A stretch of DNA of 64,000 nucleotides from Gemmatimonas sp. (GTDB lineage: Bacteria; Gemmatimonadota; Gemmatimonadetes; Gemmatimonadales; Gemmatimonadaceae): the NCBI GenBank assembly GCA_965279375.1, contig OZ257156.1, forward strand, positions 5,024,001 through 5,088,000. The letters are read 5' to 3'. Each line of letters begins with the position of its first letter. Within the stretch, counting starts at the first letter, position 1. Shown here piece by piece: positions 58,672-64,000 of the stretch. Position numbers and translations under genes: made by a program. The notes beneath the pieces are model-generated. The model worked only from the letters and a program-made list of their open reading frames with translations, made no database searches and was not told the DNA's origin.

Positions 58672-59517
58672 TTACGCCGTCAGCGTAGCGGCGCGCGCGA
58701 AATATGCCGCGCGCAAGCGTGCACCGAGTGGCCCGGCTGTCCCGTTGGCGATCGTGCGGTCGTCGATCTGCGTGACCGGGAGCAGGAAGCTCGTCGCGCT
58801 GCTCATCAGGCATTCGTCGGCGGTGTACGCCTCATCCACCGTGAAGGTGCGTTCCATGAACGGAACGCCGAGCGATGCGGCCAGCTGCAACGTGACGTCG
58901 CGCGTGATCCCAGCGAGAATCGAGTGCGACAACGGGCGCGTGATCAGTACACCGTCGCGCACGATCCACATGTTGCTCGATCCGCCTTCGGTCACCACGC
59001 CATCTTCGTGCATCAGCGCTTCGAAAGCGCCCGCGGCGCGCGCCGCCTGCTTGGCCAGCACCTGAGCGAGCAAAGCGGTGCTCTTGATGTCGCGTCGGGC
59101 CCATCGAATGTCGGGTACGACGTGCAACCTCACGCCGTTCGCGTTGGGATCGTTGGTGAGCGACTTGTGTCGGGCGTACGCGAACATCGTCGGCGTCACC
59201 ACAGCCGGAAACGGGAAGTCGCGTTCGGCGACACCGCGCGTGATCTGCAGGTACACGAGCCCTTCCTGCACCGCGTTCTGATCCACCAGCGATTGCATCA
59301 CGGTCAACCAGTCGTGCGCTGACTGCGTCATCGGGATCTCGATGGCCGCCAGTGATCGCTCGAGTCGAGCCAGATGCAGATCCGCATCGAGCAGTCGACC
59401 GTTCATGACCGCGGCCACTTCATACACGCCGTCGCCAAAGAGCAGCCCGCGATCGAAGATCGAGACCGACGCGGACTCTTCCGCGACGAACGCACCGTTG
59501 AGCCAGCAAGTCCGCAT
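58672..59517 (-). CDS. dat: D-amino-acid aminotransferase (class IV)
   Basis: FDRGLLFGDGVYE, YLQITRG, RW.RRDIKS, TEGGSSN and ILAGITR. Confidence 0.88.
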   Translation of the reverse strand: MRTCWLNGAFVAEESASVSIFDRGLLFGDGVYEVAAVMNGRLLDADLHLARLERSLAAIEIPMTQSAHDWLTVMQSLVDQNAVQEGLVYLQITRGVAERDFPFPAVVTPTMFAYARHKSLTNDPNANGVRLHVVPDIRWARRDIKSTALLAQVLAKQAARAAGAFEALMHEDGVVTEGGSSNMWIVRDGVLITRPLSHSILAGITRDVTLQLAASLGVPFMERTFTVDEAYTADECLMSSATSFLLPVTQIDDRTIANGTAGPLGARLRAAYFARAATLTA

Positions 59518-59580
59518 GTGTCGAGCGATGAAAGAGGATCGGGTGAAGACGATCACGTGAACATGATCACGCAGCAACGA

Positions 59581-60849
59581 TCACGACGAAAACGACCTGA
59601 TAAGCGCGACGCCGAGCGAGTCGGCGTAGGGTGAAAGGATGCCGAGGAGGGCGCCACCCAACAATACCCAAAGGGCGCTGATTCGGCCGACCAGCAGCAG
59701 GACCAACGATACCACGGCGATCGCCACGCTGAGCGGATCACCCATCGTATCGCGCACGGTCTCGAGCAGCACGATGAAGAGGATCGCGAGCGATCCGGCG
59801 TTCAATCCGTCGAGCGCGGCGGAGGCACGCGCCGACGCCCGTAACTTGGGAACGAGAGGTCCGGAGACTGCCGCGAAGAGAAATGCCGGCAGGAAGATTC
59901 CAACCGTGGCCGCGATCGCTCCGGCGCCGCCCGCGAGCAGATAGCCGACGAACGTCGCAGTCGAAAAAACCGGGCCCGGCGTCACCTGGCCGACCGCGAT
60001 CGCGTCAAGCAGCTGCGTCTCGGTCAGCAAGCCGGTGCCATCGACGAAGGCTCTGCGCACATAGGCGACCAGCACGTAGCCGCTGCCGAACACGGTGCTC
60101 CCGATCCGCGCGAACGACCAGCCGATGGCGGACACGCTGGGCGCACCTTCAGCATGCACGCCACTCGCGGTGGTCACCGCTGAATGCTGAGTCGGCACAT
60201 CTGCCACGCCGACGTTCGAAGGTAGTGAGAACGCGAGCGCCACCAGACCGACCGCGAGCGCACCACACACGATCCGTTCCAGGCGTCCAGCCGTCACGCG
60301 CAACATCGACGCTGAGAGCGCGGCACACAGCAGCACGACCAACTCATGCGCGCCGAGCGCTTGCAAGACGATGCTCGCTACCAGCACACCCAGCGTAGAC
60401 ATCGTTCGCGGTTGCCCCGGCGCCAACCGCCACACCGCAACGCCCAGCACGGCACATACCACCGGCCGCACCCCACCCATGATTGCAGCGACGGCCCCGA
60501 TATCTCCCAACGTCACGTACGCCCACGCCAGCGCCCACACCAGCATGACTGAAGGGACGATGAACGCCACGCCGGCCGCAATCAGCCCTCCCCATCCCGC
60601 CCGACGATGTCCAATCAACATCGCCAGCTCGGTCGAACTCGGACCAGGCAACAACTGAGACGCGCTCAACAGGTCCGCAAACTCCCCGCGCGAAAGCCAC
60701 CCTCGCCTCCGCACAAATTCGTCGTCCATCGCCGAGATGTGCGCAGCAGGCCCGCCGAACGCGGTCGCCCCTAACCGAAGAAAGGCGCGCCACACCTCGC
60801 CCGCACCGTCCACTCGTACTCCCGTGCGCATGCCCATGCGTATGCCCAT
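59581..60849 (-). CDS. chrA: Chromate efflux transporter (long-chain CHR)
   Basis: FLRLG..AFGGPAAH, LPGPSSTE, VFGSGYVL and GQVTPGP; start uncertain. Confidence 0.9.
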   Translation of the reverse strand: MGIRMGMRTGVRVDGAGEVWRAFLRLGATAFGGPAAHISAMDDEFVRRRGWLSRGEFADLLSASQLLPGPSSTELAMLIGHRRAGWGGLIAAGVAFIVPSVMLVWALAWAYVTLGDIGAVAAIMGGVRPVVCAVLGVAVWRLAPGQPRTMSTLGVLVASIVLQALGAHELVVLLCAALSASMLRVTAGRLERIVCGALAVGLVALAFSLPSNVGVADVPTQHSAVTTASGVHAEGAPSVSAIGWSFARIGSTVFGSGYVLVAYVRRAFVDGTGLLTETQLLDAIAVGQVTPGPVFSTATFVGYLLAGGAGAIAATVGIFLPAFLFAAVSGPLVPKLRASARASAALDGLNAGSLAILFIVLLETVRDTMGDPLSVAIAVVSLVLLLVGRISALWVLLGGALLGILSPYADSLGVALIRSFSS

Positions 60850-60979
60850 GCACTGCAACGTATCGCGCACCACAACCCGGTCCCGCAACTCGGACCCGTA
60901 AACTCGTCGCGCAATACTGCGGTACAACGCCCACGCTTTCGGTGACGCTCCCCTATCCCGCGCACCGCATGCTGCGCGT

Positions 60980-63900
60980 GTGCTCACCCTCCACGCCGCC
61001 GCCAAGCTCCTCGCCCACGCCGACTCCACCAGTCGGCTCCGACCCCTCGCACGCGCACTCGGCTTCCCCGACCCACCACACCGCACCTCCGCCGACGCAC
61101 GCCGATTGATCGGCCTCGACGCCCTCGTCGAACACGCCGACATCGCACGCGGCCCAGGCGCGCTCCGACTCCTCTGCGCCACACTCGCTCCACACACCGG
61201 CCTCAGTACCACCACGCACACCCGCGAACTGGTCCGACGACTCGGCGTCGCCCTCCTCCGCAACGCCCCGACTCGACGCTGGTGCATCCTCGCCATCGAC
61301 GTCGCACGTACCTCGGTCAACATCGCCACGGTCACGCCGCACTCCGCCGGACCACGCATCGCCATCCTCCGCGTCGATCGCACACACGTGGTCGACTCCG
61401 ATGCCGAAACGCTGCGCGCACTCGCCGCCGTCACCGACGCAGACGACGCGCTACGCCATGCGCGCTTCACCGACATCCTCAAACGCGACGCCCTCTCCAA
61501 TCGCTTCTACCACGAGCTGCAACGCACAGTCACCGCACTCGCCACGACCGCGACCGGCGCAGCGTCGCGCACCGAACGCCGCGAGCTCGCACTGCTCTGC
61601 GCCTCACGCTGTCTGTTCCTCGCCTTCCTCGAAGCCAAAGGATGGCTCAACGGCGATCGCGACTTCCTCCTCACACACGCAACCACCGTGCTCGAACGAG
61701 GCAAATCGCTCCACCAACAACTGCTGCGCCCCCTCTTCTTCGGCACCCTCAACACCCCGCGCACCCACCGCGCACCCGCTGCCCGCAGCTTCGGCGAAAT
61801 CCCGTTCCTCAACGGTGGACTCTTCGCCCCCACCGCGCTCGAACGGAAACGCCACACGCTCCGCTTCGCCGACGACGCAGTCGCTGCACTCATCGGCGAT
61901 CTCATCGATCGCTATCGATTCACCGCACACGAAGACTCCGCGGCCTGGTCCGAAGCCGCCGTCGATCCGGAAATGCTCGGACGCGCCTTCGAATGCCTCA
62001 TGGCTCCCGAAGAACGACGCCGCTCCGGCTCCTTCTACACGCCGCCCACTCTCGTCGACGAAGTCGTGCGCGAAGCCCTCGACGCCACACTCCCCGACCT
62101 CCCGCCGCACGCCATCAGCGACGAGCACTCTCCACTCGAGCTCGACCCGCAAACACGGGAGAAACTCCGCACCCTCCGCATCCTCGACCCGGCCTGCGGA
62201 TCGGGTGCGTTCCTCGTCCACACCCTCGAACGCATCGCCAACCTCCTCCACCGCGCTGGAGACGAGCGACCGCTTCACCAACTTCGGCGCGACACACTCA
62301 CACGCTCGATCTTCGGCGTCGATCGCAATCCAATGGCGGTCTGGCTCTGCGAACTGCGACTCTGGCTCTCCGTCGTCATCGAATGTCCGGAAACCCGCGC
62401 CGCACGCGTTCCCCCACTCCCCAACCTCGATCACCACATCCGCGTCGGCGACTCACTCGCCGGCGGCGACTTTCGCTTCGCACCTCACGCCCCACACAAA
62501 CTCGCCGCGCTTCGCGATCGCTACAGCCGCGCCTCCGGCCTCCGCAAACGCACACTTGCCACGGCCCTCGACCACGAAGAACGCGCCCGCGCCATCGCTG
62601 AATCCACCCAACGACTCGGCGCAATCACCCGCCAACGCGCCACGCTCGTCGCGTCGCTGCGCACGAAAGACCTCTTCGGCCAACGCCGGACCCGCACCGC
62701 GCACGATACGCGACAACTCCTCGAACTGCGCAGCCGCTCCCGCGACGTTGCACGCCAACGACTCGCACTCAGCCTCGGCAATGCACTCCCATTCCGCTTC
62801 GCCGCCCACTTCGCCGATGTCGCCAGCATCGGTGGATTCGACCTGGTCATCGGCAACCCGCCCTGGGTACGCCCCCACGCACTCCCGCTCACCGAGCGGC
62901 AACGTCTGCGCAGCGAATTTCGCACGATGCACGACGCCGCCTGGACCGCCGGCGCCAAACGCGCCGGTGCATCCAGTGGCTTCGCCGCACAAGCCGATCT
63001 GGCCGCCGCCTTCATCGAGCGCGGCACGCAACTCCTCGCGCCATCCGGAACACTCGCGCTCCTCGTTCCCGCAAAACTCTGGCGCGCACTCGCCGGAGGC
63101 GGCACGCGACGCTTCCTCGCCCAGCACACCCGCATCGTCACAGTCCACGACTGGAGCGATGCCCCGCCCCTCTTCGACGCCGCCACCTACCCGTCACTCC
63201 TCGTTGCGCAACGTCTCGCCTCCCACAGCTCCGACATCCAACACAGCACCGCGGTCGATGTCGACTCGCGCACCTCTCCCTCCGAGCTCACACAACTCAC
63301 CACGCTACAAGCGACGAACCACCGCGCGACGCCCCAACCTCAGTACGCGTCGACTCACCGCATTCACATCGCCGTCAGCAAACGCACACGCACCCACCGC
63401 TTCACCACCCCCGCGCACCAACTCACACTCGCTGCCGATCCAGCCGCGCCATGGGTGCTGCTCCCACACCACGCCAGACTCGCCTTCGAACGACTCCGAC
63501 TCGCCGGACCAGCGCTCGGTGATGCCGGCATCGGACGCCCGACACTCGGCGTCAAGTGCGGCTTCAACAAGGCGTTTCTGGTACGCGCCGCCGAACACGA
63601 CGACGATACCGCCTCCATCACCGCCGACACTCGCACCACCGACACGCGCACAGCCGACACGCGCACCGCTGACGCGCGCACCGCCCTCATCGAACGCCTT
63701 CTCCTGCGCCCGGTCCTGCGCGGAGACGGCATCCACACACACACCCACGCGCGCGCCGACGTCACCGATGATCTCCGAATCATCTGGACGCACGACGCCA
63801 CCGGTACACCACTGCGCACACTCCCGCCCGCAGCGACACGCTGGCTCACGCACTGGCGGCGCACCCTCGAGTCCCGACGCGACGCCCGCTCGCGCACACC

Positions 63901-64000
63901 CTGGTGGAGTCTCTTTCGCACCGAAGCCGCACGACACGAGACACCACGTCTCGTCTGGGCCGACATCGGCAAACAACTGCGCACACGCATCCTCCTCGCC
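60980..64000 (+). CDS. Large N6-adenine DNA methyltransferase, Eco57I/TaqI-like (partial, runs off the window)
   Basis: I translated this by hand from GTG 60980 with no stop to 64000: IPFLNGGLF, VDPEMLGRAFE, GSFYTP, motif I ILDPACGSGAF (62186), IFGVD, motif IV IGNPPW (62855) and TaqI-C-like GVKCGFNKAF...LRPVLRG. Not in the ORF track. Confidence 0.9.
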   Translation, partial: MLTLHAAAKLLAHADSTSRLRPLARALGFPDPPHRTSADARRLIGLDALVEHADIARGPGALRLLCATLAPHTGLSTTTHTRELVRRLGVALLRNAPTRRWCILAIDVARTSVNIATVTPHSAGPRIAILRVDRTHVVDSDAETLRALAAVTDADDALRHARFTDILKRDALSNRFYHELQRTVTALATTATGAASRTERRELALLCASRCLFLAFLEAKGWLNGDRDFLLTHATTVLERGKSLHQQLLRPLFFGTLNTPRTHRAPAARSFGEIPFLNGGLFAPTALERKRHTLRFADDAVAALIGDLIDRYRFTAHEDSAAWSEAAVDPEMLGRAFECLMAPEERRRSGSFYTPPTLVDEVVREALDATLPDLPPHAISDEHSPLELDPQTREKLRTLRILDPACGSGAFLVHTLERIANLLHRAGDERPLHQLRRDTLTRSIFGVDRNPMAVWLCELRLWLSVVIECPETRAARVPPLPNLDHHIRVGDSLAGGDFRFAPHAPHKLAALRDRYSRASGLRKRTLATALDHEERARAIAESTQRLGAITRQRATLVASLRTKDLFGQRRTRTAHDTRQLLELRSRSRDVARQRLALSLGNALPFRFAAHFADVASIGGFDLVIGNPPWVRPHALPLTERQRLRSEFRTMHDAAWTAGAKRAGASSGFAAQADLAAAFIERGTQLLAPSGTLALLVPAKLWRALAGGGTRRFLAQHTRIVTVHDWSDAPPLFDAATYPSLLVAQRLASHSSDIQHSTAVDVDSRTSPSELTQLTTLQATNHRATPQPQYASTHRIHIAVSKRTRTHRFTTPAHQLTLAADPAAPWVLLPHHARLAFERLRLAGPALGDAGIGRPTLGVKCGFNKAFLVRAAEHDDDTASITADTRTTDTRTADTRTADARTALIERLLLRPVLRGDGIHTHTHARADVTDDLRIIWTHDATGTPLRTLPPAATRWLTHWRRTLESRRDARSRTPWWSLFRTEAARHETPRLVWADIGKQLRTRILLA
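63620..63685 (+). repeat. In-frame 15-bp tandem repeat, about 4.4 copies
   Basis: ACCGCCGACACTCGC/ACCACCGACACGCGC/ACAGCCGACACGCGC/ACCGCTGACGCGCGC/ACCGCC, encoding TADTR-TTDTR-TADTR-TADAR-TA. Confidence 0.85.

Noticed and set aside
60850..61500. ~215-aa N-terminal extension of ChrA in the ORF track
   Set aside because: Mostly antisense to the methyltransferase 5' end; CHR similarity begins only near 60800.
61282..63990. ORF-track calls in the last 3 kb (61282-62601 +, 61604-62437 -, 62453-63148 -, 63305-63976 - and others)
   Set aside because: Alternative or antisense frames of the single stop-less methyltransferase ORF.

Overview
This is a GC-rich, gene-dense bacterial chromosomal window. 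The gene content suggests Gemmatimonadota (Gemmatimonas-like), but that is an inference. It carries tRNA-Gln(CTG) beside glnS, tRNA-Ala(CGC), a class II photolyase and several secreted or surface proteins (4x lamin-tail-domain lipoprotein, PEP-CTERM protein, Ig-repeat lipoprotein, two TonB-dependent-type receptors). It also has rlmN, rnz, an intact family-B DNA polymerase with a clamp-binding motif, a frameshifted mgtE, nucleotide-sugar genes, glgB with a long Lys/Ala tail, an mntH-usp-mntR unit with a palindromic operator, an ldcA/ggt/dat cluster and chrA. A >1000-aa N6-adenine methyltransferase (Eco57I/TaqI-like) runs off the right edge and is missing from the ORF track. I saw no CRISPR array, transposase, integrase or prophage. 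The best novelty candidate is a MacB/FtsX-type ABC operon (44082-48525) in which one permease appears split into two complementary genes: the N-half is fused to an AttH/lipocalin-like domain and the C-half has its own signal peptide. All calls come from reading motifs by eye, and many start codons are best guesses.
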